Position numbers and translations under genes: made by a program. A DNA stretch of 64,000 nucleotides, taken from positions 261,216 through 325,215 of the forward strand of contig NW_015169781.1 in the NCBI RefSeq assembly GCF_001447785.1. Direction: 5' to 3'. A model generated the notes under the pieces. It was not told where the DNA came from. It made no database searches and was given only the letters and a program-made list of their open reading frames with translations. Numbering within the stretch: position 1 is the stretch's first letter; each line of letters opens with the position of its first letter. The stretch comes from Gekko japonicus (lineage: Eukaryota). Positions 28,694-41,886 of the stretch are shown piece by piece.

Positions 28694-30193
28694 GTAACTG
28701 ACTTCTATTTTTCTAGACGGTGCTGAAAACTTTTTATAATGATTAGTTTCTTTTCCCAAGAATTCAACTGTCTCTCCCTTGTCATTGCTGAAATGATCAT
28801 TTTTGTAAAAATGTTTGCTTTCAGCGGGCACAATAATTACTGTTGCTTAGAGCTGTTATATATACAGTGCTCTTATGGATTAGGCTGTGTATGAATAATC
28901 ACTGAGTGCTGTTTGCTAATTTAGTTCTGCTTTGTAACTTCTTGGTATGAACATGCTAACATGAAGTTAAATGTTAGCTGAAGGATATGACGTAATCTTG
29001 CAACTGCTCCCATGAGACTGCATATAGAACAGGGAAGATCTGAATGTTCCAACTCTTTGTATTTTTGCAGTCACTTTGAGCAGGCTTCCTCCAGCCTGTG
29101 CTAGTCCCTGTGAGTTCATATTGTTAACAGGAACTGGTGAAGATTTATATAGAAGTCTTCCTCCACCAAGCATGAGAATGCCTTGAAGAAAGTGACTATG
29201 GTCCTTTTGCATGTTTTCAGTTCTATGCCATAATGTTTAATTTGTGGGCCTTGACTTTCTAGACATGGGCTATTGTACCAGGTCCCAGATTCAGTCCTTG
29301 GCATTCTCCTGTAAAAAGGCCACAGATGTTGAGAAAGCTCCTTTTCTGTCTTAAGACCCTGAAGAATAGTGAATACTGAGCTGTGTGATCCAAAATTCTG
29401 TGTATGCAGCAGCTTCATCTATATATAAAAGAAAGTCCCCTCACCATAAAATCAACACCCAGACCAAACTGCTGGACCTAGAGACACCAAATTCGGGGAG
29501 AGCACTCCTACCATGACATAGATGCTCACAAAGAAGGGATTTTTTTTTAGAAATTTGACCCCTAAGGGGATCAAAAGGGGTAAAATGTGCTCCCCCCATT
29601 GCTTCCTATGTGGCTGCCAGGCTGCTACCTCTTTGTACCCTCCACTCTCTAATTGGTCAACTGCAGAGCTCAGTGTTCTGAGGTTAAAAAACAGTTATAG
29701 GAGACTGCAGAGAGCTAATGACATTTGAGGAAATCAGGAATGACCAACAACCTGTGAGGTGCAGCAAAGCTGTTGGCCAAACCTCCCCAATGACTTAAAA
29801 CAGGCTCCCCCCACCTCCTATACCTGACAGGCGTCTGTCTGTCAGGTGCAGCAGTGGGTGCAGAGTGCTTAAAGTCATCAGGGAGCCCGCCCCAGCAGGA
29901 ACTGGCCCCTTAGTCATCCTGCTGGCCTAGCCTCCACAATGGCTTGCAATACCCCTTCCCCTCTTACACTGGACAGGTAGGAGAGGGGGTGAGATGTTTA
30001 CAGCCTTAGTGCTGTTGCTGGCCCAGCCTCCTCAATGCCTTTAAACATACTCCCCCCCAACACCTGACAGGCAGGGCCAGGGTACTTTAATCCATCAGGG
30101 AGGCGGCCAGGGTACTTTAATCCACCAGGGAGGCTGTTGGAGCAGAAAAACCTTAGCAATGCTGCTGGGCCAGCCTCCCCAATAGCTTTAGAC

Positions 30194-30504
30194 CAGGGGT
30201 GGCCAAACTTGCTTAAAATAAGAGCCACACAGAATAAATGTCAGATGTTTGAGAGCTGCAAGACATGAACAAATATTGTACATTTTTACTGGGAAATATG
30301 CAAATTTGTTTTTTAATTAACATTAAATAAGACTGCCAAAATAATAACAAAAGTGGTAAAAGCAGATATTGATAATGATGTTTATTTGTCCAATGATATT
30401 TGTTTGCTAATGATATTTAGCTTCCCCAACCGCCCTGCCGGGAGCCGCACAGTATATGTGAAAGAGCAACATGTGGCTCCCGAGCCACAGTTTGGCCACC
30501 CCTG
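30194..30504. mobile_element. hAT-type MITE nested in the Helitron
   Basis: TIR caggggtggccaaact / agtttggccacccctg; 8-bp TSD ctttagac on both sides. Confidence 0.9.
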
Positions 30505-31150
30505 CTTTAGACACACTCCCACCCACTCCTCCTGTACCTGACAGGTGGTTGTCTGTCAGGTGCAGGAGCAGAACATTGAAAGCCAACAGGGAGGCTGCCC
30601 AAGCAGCATTGCCTTAGCAGTCCTTCTGGCCCAGCCTTCCCGATGCCTTCAGACATGCTACCCCTCGTACACCTTACAGACAACTGCCTGTAAAGGGTTG
30701 GAAGGGGCGTGGAGTACTTAAAGCCATCAGAGAGTCTTGCTTAGCAGGATTGCCTCAGCGTTGCTGCTGGTGCAGCCTCTCCAATGCCTTACACCAGACA
30801 GGCGGGTGTTTGTCAGGTGTAGGAGCAGGGCCAAGATACTTTAATGCAGCTGCAGAACCTCAGCCTACCCAAATTCTGCAATGGTACCAGTCTGCAAGTG
30901 AAGGCCCTGCACAGGAACATAATCAAGGCCACACTGCTCACCAGCAGTGCTTGGGGAGAATTGGTGTTCATACCATGCATACCACTCATACCATCAGAAA
31001 ACCCCTTCGAGTTCAAGAGCCTACAGTTCCTCCTCAAGGCCTGCTTTGCTGTGACCATCAACAAGTCCCAAGGCCAGACACTGAAGGTGGCAGGAACTGA
31101 CTTAACAGATGACTGCTTCTCACATGGACAGTTCTATGTGGCCTGGTGAT

Positions 31151-31751
31151 CAATGTTCCCTCAAAGCTGAGTTAGTATGTGCTAGCTCACAGTTTTTTAG
31201 CCTCCAGCTCACACATTTTTGTCTTAGCTTAGGAAGGATGGTTCCAGAACAAACTGATTTATGCAGAAGCCAAATCGCTTGCTCACAGCTTTAATACCAG
31301 TAGTTCACAAAGTAGCATTTTTGCTCACAAGCAGTGTTCCCTCTAAGCTGAGTTAGTGTGAGCTAGTTCACAGTGGTTTAGCCTCCAGCTCACACATTTT
31401 TGTCTTAACTCAGAAAGGATGGCTCCAAAACAAACTAATTTATGCAGAAGCCAAATCGCTCACTCACAACTTTAATACCAGTAGTTCACAAAGTAGAATT
31501 TTTGCTCACAAGCAGTGTTCCCTGTAAGCTGAGTTAGTGTGAGCTAGCTCACAGTTTTTTAGCCTCTAGCTCACATATTTTTGTCTTAGCTGAGGAAGGA
31601 TGGCTCCAGAGCAAACTAATTTATGCAGTAGCCTAATCACCTGCTCACAACTGTAATGCCAGTAGCTCAGAAAGTAGAATTTTTGCTCATAAGGCTCCAC
31701 AGCTTAGAGGGAGCATTGGTCACAAGACTCCACAGCTTAGAGGGAACATTG
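31151..31751. mobile_element. Compound hAT MITE (three ~180-bp units) nested in the Helitron helicase remnant
   Basis: TIR ca(a/g)tgttccctctaagctg; outer 8-bp TSD ctggtgat at 31143-31150 and 31752-31759. Confidence 0.88.
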
Positions 31752-34700
31752 CTGGTGATCCTAGCACCTGAGGGCACAACCACCAATGTGGTCTACAGAG
31801 AGGTCCTTCAGTAGGGAAAAAAAAACAGTATGTATGTCTCACTTCATTTTTTACACTACAATCTTCTCCATTAGAATTCCTACAACAAATGTTACATTTC
31901 AAACTTCACATCATTAGTATTATAACTGGATTTACAGAACTTAAACACTGTAACGAAGCACAGGTATCAGGCTAGTATGTTTATAAACAAGCATAGTGTA
32001 GTCCCTCCCCAAACTTTTATTCAGTTTTATTCAGTAGAATTCTGGGCTTATAGTGAGGTCTTGAAACGAAATAGTTGGCACCTGAATAAAGAGAGCTCTC
32101 TTGTGCTAACCAGGAATCTCCCACAAACTGCAGGAGAAGTACATGTACTGCATGGAGTCTGATGTGAATATATAAAACTGTCATACTGAGTCAGGCCGGT
32201 GATCCATTTAATTCAGTATTGGCAGCCACTCTTGTGGGTCTTGGGAAGAGACATCTTTTCCTATCCTGCTGTCAGAAGTCCTTTTGAATTGGAGGGGTCA
32301 TGACTGAGTGCTCTACCATTGAACCCTTTGCTTCATGCCCCCCACCCTGATGCCTTTAAGCATACAGTCACTAAGTGTTGCTGTTAGCACCCTGATGCCT
32401 TTAAGCATACAGTCACTAAAAAGTGTTGCTGTTCGGTACCCACTGAGCTGCTAGAAGCCTGGCTATTTGAGCATGCTGTAATCATCCATATGGGATTACA
32501 CTCGCAAACTGGGGCATATGCTGATGATGAGATTGCAGAGTTTTAGAGGAGACTCTGTTTTCTGGGGTACTTGGAATCCTGCTTTAAGATGGCAGATTGA
32601 TAGCAAATTGTTCAGAAGCCTGGAACTGTTGGAACTCTCCTGCCTATAGAACATTTATCCTCTGGCTGTAGCGACATCTGTCTAAACTACCATCAGGGTG
32701 CTACCAAGGAGTGTTTAGAGATTCTTTCGAATTCACCAAGGCCTCTTGTAGCCAGTGCAGGAGTTTATGCAGTCTTGTCAGCATGCCAAAATGGGGAGAG
32801 AGCTGACAATGGGGCACTGTCATTTTAACATAAAGAGCTATTGCTAAGGTGGGAGGGCCTTGGATGTGTTGGTGCAGAATGTTGCTAGATTACATCATTG
32901 TGGTTGTGTGTTGTGCCAGCTGTGTTTGACCATACAGGTCACTATTGACTCTACCCTGTGCCTAAGCAGGGAAGAAAGGATGAGCAATATTGGAGCCTTA
33001 TAAAACATGGAAATATTAAAAAACAAGAGTCCAGTAACTGAAAGAGCAAAAGTATTCAGGGTTTTACTTGTTAGAATGGGCTCTAAGCAACTTCATCAGT
33101 GGAGGAGACTCTGTTTCCTGGGGTACTTGGAATCCTGCTCCAAGATGGCAAATTGATGGCAAATTGTTCAGAGGCCTGGAACTGTTGGAACTTTACTGCC
33201 TATGGAATATTTATCCCCTGGCTCTAGCAACATCTGTTTAGAGTCTCCTCTAAAACTTTGCAATTCATATTTCCTGCAACACATTAATCCACACAACAAA
33301 CAAAGATGTGTGACTAATGTTGATGGAAACTTTAGGTCTCAAAGTTGCCGTTTTGTTGATTTATGTATCCTATGAGTTGAATATTCTGTGTTCTAGTCTA
33401 GAACTGAATCCATGGTTGCAGATTCCCAGGGAACTTGGGATGATGAGAGAAAATAATGTACCACTTTTCTTCTCCTAAAGTTTGGCTTTCAGATTGAATT
33501 TGAAGAGCTGCTAGTGAATTTGGATTGTGTTCATAAAGTTTCACACACAACACCAGCAAGAAAGCAACACTAAAATCTCCATGGCTGATTATACATGACA
33601 AAAATATCTGGCTTAGTCTTCATTCCCCTTGCCTAGCACTCCACGATTGTAACTGTTTAGATCATGACCCAGTGTGTGATCTGGTAGCATTATTGTTTAG
33701 CTAGCCAGGTGTTCAGTGCCAAGCAGCAGCTGTGCTTTGCTGTAATGGTACAATATGTTTGCCTTTGTCACCCATTCATGTTCAACTTGGCAGAGGATTG
33801 GCAATCTTATCTTCCAGATTTATCTTGCCTCTCTCCCAGTATTCTGATTTGTTAGGCCCTTGCAGAATGGGTATGGGTTGCTGTATCTGACTGCAGAGTT
33901 ATTTGGTAGATCTGAAAGTCGAGGATGTTGAGTGGCAGATGGTTAAGGTAGGTGACATCATGGTTGAGATGAGAGGAGGAACTTTTGTGTGTACAACTTA
34001 CTGGTAGTCAGAGTTCTGTGTTTGGCATTTGATTGCACTATTATAGTTTGTTGCTCAGATGACAAAAACAATTTTTGTTCTTATTTTCAATTAAGTGTCT
34101 TGAGAACTGGCCTACTGGCAGTCAGGTGTCTGCAGTGTGTCTCCCCCTCCCCTTGTTGCTTTGTGATTTTGCTGCTGTTGAAAGGTTTCCCCTCTTCCCC
34201 TGGCTGAAGTTGCTATTTATAGTTTGCGCTTTGAAGAGGAGGAAAACCTGTGACTGAGTAGCTATTGTGCTGGTAATTTTAGTTGGTACCAAGACTGTTG
34301 GCTCTTGGCCTGATAATACAGATGGTTGTGGACAAGGGAAAAGTAAGAAGGCGCAGGACTGGTTTATTTGCTAGATTCCAGCTTTCTCCTGCTAAGAGGG
34401 GTTATATTTGTCCACTCTGCCCTTGAGTTCATCTTGTCATGGATTTTCAAGTAAAGGATGACTTCAGTTATAATAGAAGTGTGGTACTGCCAGATGTTTA
34501 CTGCAGATGTTTCATATCTTCTCTTAGGTACTTGCTCTTGGCAAAATGGGCATTTCTAGAGAAATAACAGGTCCCCTCCATGAAGGACTAGCTTGAGAAA
34601 AGTTCAGGATGGCTCATGGAGTTTTAACAATAGGTTTCAGTGGAGGCAGAAGGTTCTGTGCTCTCCAGGAAGCAGATAATATAGCTTAAATTTAAAAAAC

Positions 34701-35859
34701 CCCAACCTTTAATCTTGCTGCTTTGATGCACAGGTTTGAGTGATCTTTTTCCTTTCTCAGATCATCAGCTTTCCTCATAGAAAATGCACACATGGATGAT
34801 GCTGGTTATTCTTTATAAATGAAAAGCAATATCCAGATACAAATAGTCCTTTTTTAAAAAAAACAAACAAAAACTAGAGGCAGTGCACAGGTAAACTGAA
34901 ATGGCAGGCTTAGTTTATAAGTGGCATGCACTTGGTTCTGCTTGACACATGTCTGATCATGTGTGAGAAGTTTTTATTTTTAAATATAATGCATGGAGTG
35001 CCCACCATCCCACTGAGCAGATACTGTAAGAGCTTGCTTTTATTCAGGCACTTAGTCAGGGGCAGGACCCAGACTCCTCTCTCCCTGCATGTCTCTTCCA
35101 AGGAACTTGAAACTCCTCCATGTCTTGTAAGTAGCATGTGGTATTTTGAGCCCTGTGTATTGCTCCAGCTGCCATGTGTCTTTGCATATTGATTACAGAG
35201 AGCTGGTCACTTTGTGGGCTCTTTCTCTTGTAAGGGGAGATCCTTGGCATTTTGTTATAAGGCCTTAAAGCATGGAATAATGCTGGAGGGTATTCTCCCC
35301 TCCGGCAAGAAAGCTACATGGGGCTCACTCCCCAGAGCCAGGACCCTGGCAGGAAGAAGCACAGGGAGAAGCACCTTAAAAGGGGCTTCAAGGGATGGTA
35401 TGCTTTTGTACTTTACATTTCACATTTATTTATAATTTAGATTTTTATACCACCCTTCTCTGAATTCACAGAACCCAGGGCGGTTAACAACAAAACTGTA
35501 CAATTTGAAATCCAGACGTTACAGTAGTTAAAATAACATCAGATGCCAAAGCAAACATACGGTAATCCAATCTAGAGGTGACCATCGCATGGATTACTGA
35601 GGCTAGTCACTGTTACCTGAACTTGAGTTTAGTTAAAAGAGAATTTGTATGTCCAGGTAGTATTGCGAGCTACAGTGGTTTACATAAATGTCCCTAAGCT
35701 GTATATACTGTAGGCAAAATTTAAAAGGCTATGGCAAGATTGGCTGTCACCCTTTTTATTACTAGCCAGATTTTTGCACGACTTTCCATGTGCTTGTAGT
35801 AGAAACAAGACTTGTTCATGTGTTTGATTTTGCTGGCTATAGAACTATGCTTGTGGGTT

Positions 35860-36137
35860 GAGCCAGTTTGATGTAGTGGTTAAAAGCAACAGACTCTATT
35901 CTGGAGAACCAGGTTTGATTCCCCACTCCTCCACATGCAGCCAGCTGGGTGACGTTGGGTCAGTCCCAGTTAGTCGACAGTCACAGAGCTGTTCTCTTGA
36001 GCAGTTCTTTCAGAGCTCTCTCAGCCCCACCTACCTCACAGGGTGTGTGTTGTGGGGAGAGGATGGGAAGGAGATTGTAAGCTGCTCTGAGACTCTCAGT
36101 GAAGGGTGGGGTATAAACCCAACTCTTTTTCTTCTCT
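35860..36137 (+). mobile_element. tRNA-derived SINE (Squam3-like); related copies at ~14795-15010, ~19815-20020, ~51105-51328
   Basis: gagccagtttgatgtagtggttaa A-box, ggtttgattccc B-box and an agccccacctacctcacagggtg body. Confidence 0.75.
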
Positions 36138-37934
36138 TAGCTTGGGTTTGACTGTTGGTTTCCCAGTGAACACCACTGTGAACACCATGCAAGACAATAG
36201 CAGGACAATTACCATGGCTACGAAAGTCAAAGGTACAAAGCTACAAAACTACTTTTTATTATTAAACAGGATACCCCAATGCATAGACATGCTGCTTGGC
36301 TTGTCTGGTCATTCCTGGGATAATCCAGAGCAGAGCAACCGGCTAAATTAAAAACAAAGCAGAAATCAGTGCAGGTCTTGAGAGTAGAATTTCAGTCAGC
36401 CACTCCCAACTGTGGAAATGTTAGCCCACATCCTACTACAATTGAATGCCTCTACGGAGAAAGAAAGGCCAGTGGCTAAATCTGCCGCTGACCAGGTTTG
36501 CAGCTGAAGCAAACCTGTAGAGGAAAACAAGCAAGGCTGGTCAAATAGTTGTGTGAAACTAGAAAGGCTTGTTAGAAGGGAGGCCAGTGCTGATGAAGTC
36601 ATTAACTAAATGAAGAGTTCATAATGGAGTACACAATGGAGACTGGGCAACTGGTGAAAGGACCCTGGATGGTACTGGAGGGTCCACTTGCCAAAAGCCA
36701 AGTCCAGAGCTGAGGCTTCACTAGCAGAAACTGTGTAGATTTAATGGAAATTGTAGAGAAAAGGTGATAGGAATCAGTTGTAAGGCAAAAGACAAAATAT
36801 TACCCCTGCAGCAACACTAATCCTTCAGGGTTCGTTCTTACTTGATTGTCATGTGGCCTGGACCCCAGAACAGATAAGATAGTAGCTACATAAATAACCA
36901 GAGTTTGCAGTTTACTGCCTCTAGGGTACTGGTCGTGGTATGAAGGGAACTGGGCTGAGATGGGGGCAGATCTGCCATATCAGGATCGTATACAGCTGAA
37001 AGATTTAAAGGTGAACTTAAACAAATATGAGGATTGGGCCCTTAACCTAATGGGTGCTAAACTTGCTGGCACTTTTATATGGAGAAATTCACACTTGCTT
37101 ATTGGGAGCCTTATACTGAAAGCTTGGATGTGGCAATCTCTTCCCTTTTCCCAAAATTCCTTGGTCTTCCTCAGCTTAATAGGTTTTGGGTCTGGAACTA
37201 GTGAAACATCCTGAATGAAGCATGAAGATTGGAAGTAATATATGTGAAAGAGAAGCAAAGGTGGGAGGAGGTGGTCTTCTCTACAGGGTTAAAGGCATTG
37301 TGACATAAATCGAAGGAGGCAGAATGAGCCAGGGGTGAGAGGCAGCCTGGTGTCTGTGACTGAGCAGGAGTATCTGTGGAAGTATGCTTTAAAAGTTATT
37401 TTTCCAGTATAGGGCTTTATTGTTGGAAAGCCTTGAAAGACCCTGTTAGAATAAGTGTTATATGACCAAGACTGGAAGATATTACTACTTTTCTAACCTG
37501 CAATTACAGCACAACCTCTAGAAATGAACCCTTATTGGCTGTGATGGCACACACCAGCAGAGGTTAGTCTATATTAGCAGGGACAACACTGTAACAACTG
37601 CCGGTATCAAGAGTTTTCTTGACTTTACCATCCATGTATAATGCATGAACAGCCTGGGCTCCTTGAGAAATTCTTGGCATATTTTTCCTATCGTGAAAGC
37701 CTTTCAGAAGAGCTATATGGTGCTTATTTTACCAGTGTTTGGTGGCTAGGCTAAGCAGAAACAGAGTGGGGCTTTAATACTGTTTCTTTCAATTCATAAT
37801 TGGATTGTTTTTCTTTAATGTGTACTTCTAAATAATTACCACAGTGACCCTTCAGGTGGAGTAAGCTAGCAACTATCAAACTTCAGATAGAGTTACAAAG
37901 CAGTTTCCCATGTGCTCTCCTTCCTTTCTTCCAG

Positions 37935-38106
37935 ATGAAGATCTCTTTTAATGAAACCAGCCTTCAAACTATGTTTGAATACCCATCAGAGAGCTCCTTA
38001 GTGGAGGCGGAGGAGGAAGAGGAGTATGAAACAGAAGTGGATGAGAAACCTGCCTTGTTCATTCCTCGCCCAAACAGTATCCAGAACTCAAATGCAGTGA
38101 ACTCAG
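37935..38106 (+). CDS. TPRN: Taperin exon 2
   Basis: MKISFNETSLQTMFEYPSESSL, containing the KISF PP1-docking motif; ccag/gtaaac. Confidence 0.93.
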
Positions 38107-38593
38107 GTAAACTATGTAGATCTGTAGGGCTATGTAGGGAAGAGTGGTAATGGTAGGAATCTCATATCCCTTCCTTGACCATCATTTCCCCCTTACACTT
38201 TGACTGAAGCACTGGTGACCCACCAGTGATCTTTGGAGAAAAATGCAATGTTGTCTAATTCTTCTTGTCGCAGAACATGCTTTTCATGGCTATGGTTCAA
38301 AGAGCAATGCCTTCAAATAAGACAGGAATGATATATTTCCTTAGAAGGAATGATATATTTCCTTAGACTACCCATTGCTCCTTAAGCATTCACACAAATT
38401 AGGGGCCTGGAAAAGTGGACTTTTCTTCTTTCTAGGTTTTGCAGATATAGTATGACAATTGTGAGGATCTGTCTGTGGAGCACAAACTCAGAGATGGATC
38501 TGCTTTAAAGCCTTTTTTCTCTTAAATCTCCTAGTTCTGCTTGTACACCTGGCTATTGTTATTCAGACTACACCTTTGCATTTTTTCCTGTAG

Positions 38594-38721
38594 GTTTATC
38601 AAGTTATACCCCAAAGCACTCAGTTGAATTCAGCAAGTGGCAGGAGCAGCAGTATGAGGAGATTCCTCCAAGCACAGAGGCCTTTCCACGGGATGCTGCC
38701 TTTCCCGGCAACCAAGTCATG
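38594..38721 (+). CDS. TPRN: Taperin exon 3
   Basis: GLSSYTPKHSVEFSKWQEQQ...GNQVM; tag/gtgaga; phase 1-0. Confidence 0.92.
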
Positions 38722-39102
38722 GTGAGATCTGGGAGAGTATTTGTTTGAGCTTCAACTTTTCCTTTTTCTGCTTTGACATGAGGGAAGCATAAGCACACCT
38801 TCATATTTTAAAAGTGTGAAATGATCCCTGCACTTGCCTCTGACCTCTGAAGAAGCCACAAGATAACCTGTAACTTCAGGTTCAGACCTTGTCGATATTG
38901 GGAGGCACCTGGGGTCCTATAACTATTGATCTGGAAACAGTATCTGTCCAATTTATTCCTCTTTGGAACGATTGCATTTCTTTATTGCATTGTGTGGCTC
39001 CTTTGCAGTGCTTACCCCCCCCCCCAAAAAAATTCCTTTCTTTCATTCCCTGGAGGAACAACAGTATAGCATCTGTCCCTTTTTGTTTGTCTCCCCTTAC
39101 AG

Positions 39103-39165
39103 CTCACTCCAGCCGACAAGAGCAGCCTCTCTGACTTTGGTAGCGAACCTGCCCTGTACTTCTAA
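39103..39165 (+). CDS. TPRN: Taperin exon 4 (terminal)
   Basis: LTPADKSSLSDFGSEPALYF*; conserved ALYF C-terminus; candidate AATAAA at 39748. Confidence 0.93.
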   Translation, partial: LTPADKSSLSDFGSEPALYF

Positions 39166-41056
39166 CTGCTATTCTGACTTGGTGCTGAACAGAGACCACT
39201 CCAAAATTTCTGGTCTCCTTCCCTACAGATATCTGCAGAAGTGCTTAATGGGAGAACAAGGTGGGCATTTGTAGCCAAGTTGCTCTCCCTCAAGAAGCCA
39301 TTTGGGGTGGGGCAGTTCTGTATTTACACTGGATTTTGGTGCATGACTTCTTCTGAGGCAGCCTGCTCCTTCTACCTGTGACCTTACTAGTTCTGCTCAA
39401 GACCAATTACTGAATAACAGAACTGCTTTGAATGTGAATCACCATCTTTTGGTGCATGGTTCAAGAGAAGACTGGAGTGGATTGTGACTGGGCTGCTGAT
39501 TCCTCACTTTCAGCCAAGCGTGTCTGAACTGGCTTGACAATTAGCTTGGGTCCTGGATCTATGCAGGCAAGAGGTAATTTGACAGATGCCACCTAATGGA
39601 AAACACCATTCTGGAATTCCTAGACACATAAGTGCTCTGAAAGACTGAAGTTTGGAGTCTGATTCTTCCATTGTGTAAATAATGGACAGTGATGTTGCCT
39701 GCTTGGGGTGGTTAAGGATCAAGGAAAAAATGTTCTGTAACAGAAAAAATAAACTTTGGAATTGTTTTCCAGCATTACAAGGACAGGCCATGGATATATA
39801 CCTTTAACAAGGACCAATATCTGAATGTGTCTGTTAGTTTCAGACAAGCACCTGGCAGTTACTTACACTTAGTTTGTGGCAGCTTTAACTAACTTTCCAG
39901 TTATCTGAAACCCTGTTTCTGGTTGAGCTGAGCAACCATATACATAACTTTCCCCAAACGTCTAAGAAGCTCTGGATGATAGTTTGACTGAATAGCCAGG
40001 GCCATAGGTGAGCAGCTCTCCAAATAACCTGTGGCTCCTAGTGATTGACCACTCCATGAACAATTTAATTCAATACAACCCTAAGCATGTTTTCATTAGC
40101 TGTGAAGCAGAGGTCTTGTCCAGTTCTCTCCTAGATCCCAGGACTTCATAGCCTCTAGAACAGCTGTTGGGTCAACTAATCTCCATCCATGTCTGTGGGT
40201 GGGGAAAACTTGTCATTGCTTTTCTCTTTCCTCTTAAAGTTGCAGCAGTGACCTTTCATGGCCATGTTCTCCAGAAGGAGCTGATGTGGTAGCCAGAAAG
40301 TGTGTGCTGTATTTGGATGGCTTTTGCAGTAACCACTACACAGCAATTTACTATGTTCAGGTTAGGAAAGGGAGAGTAAGTACTGTAAACTTGACATCCA
40401 AATGGTACTCCTTGGAAGAACAGAACATTATCTGTACTTGGGTGTGTGTGTGTGTGTAGAAATATGATTGAAATTAATGTGTGTCAATGGAAATGATGAA
40501 TCTTTATGTCCAGACCTACTCCAAAGGTCCCAGACTTCTACTCTGAAAGTTGCTGATTTTTTTGTTTAGAATGTCAAATCAAATTGATCATATTTACTGT
40601 GATGAATTATAAAATGCTCTGTATTTTGCACTTGAGAACAATTTATTGGAGGGAATGGGAATTCTTGATCAAGTACTCAGCTGCCCATTGTTGCTGGGTC
40701 TGGCTGGAGGGGCCAAACTACTCTATTTGTCATCCCCCTTCCTGCAGGAATGGTATCACTTTGTGCTTCCAAGGCTCATTAAACTACACAAGTGATTTCT
40801 TCATTCTTGCCTGGTGGTTGTTTTTGTTGATTCTTGAATATGACCTGGAACTTTTAAGGGCATGTCTGTTTCTGTGACAGGAATGAAGTTATACAGTGCT
40901 AGTGTTCCTGGCACTCTTTGCAACACTTACAGCATCATGCTCACAACTCCTTTGTTCAGTGCAGCAGGCAGGAACAGTTTGGGCTAAGTGATCATTAGAG
41001 GTGAACTGCGGTGATGGGAGATATTTCTTGTGTGGCAACAGAATATGATCTTCTAT

Positions 41057-41385
41057 AAAAAGGTAAAGGTTTCCCTTGCTTGAAAACTAGTCAAATTCAA
41101 CTCTAGGGGGCGGTGCTCATCTCCATTTCCAAGCCGAAGAGCCAGCGCTGTCCGAAGACTTCACCGTGGTCATGTGGCCGGCGTGACTAAATGCTGAGGC
41201 ATATGGAACACTGTTAACTTCCCATTGAAGCAATACCTATTTATCTACTTGCAATTCCTTGCTTTCAAACTGCTAGGTTGGCAGGAGCTTGGGACCAGAG
41301 ACAGGAGCTCACTCTGTCATGTGGCACTAGGGTCTCGAACTGCTGAGCTACAGACCTTCTGGTAACCTCTGAGCCACTGCGGCCC
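41057..41385 (-). mobile_element. Sauria SINE
   Basis: aaaggtaaaggt tail, conserved body and tRNA-like head (ctgagccactgcgg). Confidence 0.82.
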
Positions 41386-41886
41386 ATGATCTTTTATACA
41401 TCACTTTAATTTAAGCCAGACCTTGATGAGGCCTAAAACTCTGCTTTTTCACAAACACAGAACCTTTACCTGAACTCCAAAATCCAGTTGCCAGTGGGTG
41501 GTTGTGGGAGGCTCAATGTAACCATGCAGTTGGGCTCACTACACAGCTCACTGAACTCTTTTCCCATTGACATCTGTAGAACTAGCAACAGTTTCATTCA
41601 AGCTGCAGGGGGCTAGATGTTGCACTACAGTGTTTAACAGGCCCATGAACATTCTTGTTATGCATTTTTTCTATCCTGCTGTCTCCTCTGTTCAACTAGG
41701 CAACAAAAGGAGTGAGCAGGCATACCATAGAAAACAGTTCTGTTGTACCACTTTCAGTTCCCTGTAAGCAAAGCAGTAGCATATTCAAAGTGAACAGGAG
41801 CACTACAGGCAGCCAACAGGTGGTGAACACTGATAAGCTTGAACTATTAGAATGCAGGAATCTCTGTGATCTACAAGTAGAACTTG

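Larger units (their letters stand above)
29418..31975 (+). mobile_element. Non-autonomous Helitron with PIF1-like helicase remnant
   Basis: A|TCTATATATAAAA 5' end and CTAG|T 3' end, with a subterminal hairpin remnant (ctgt..acag). Helicase text FCNGT..., TINKSQGQTL and FSHGQFYVA at 30844-31142, and LVILAPEGTTTNVVYREVLQ* at 31752-31814. Confidence 0.88.

Noticed and set aside
30844-31149. Host PIF1 helicase gene
   Set aside because: An intronless fragment enclosed by Helitron termini and disrupted by a MITE.
31151-31751. CRISPR-like or satellite array
   Set aside because: Eukaryotic DNA; the units are MITE arms with TIRs and TSDs, and there are no unique spacers.
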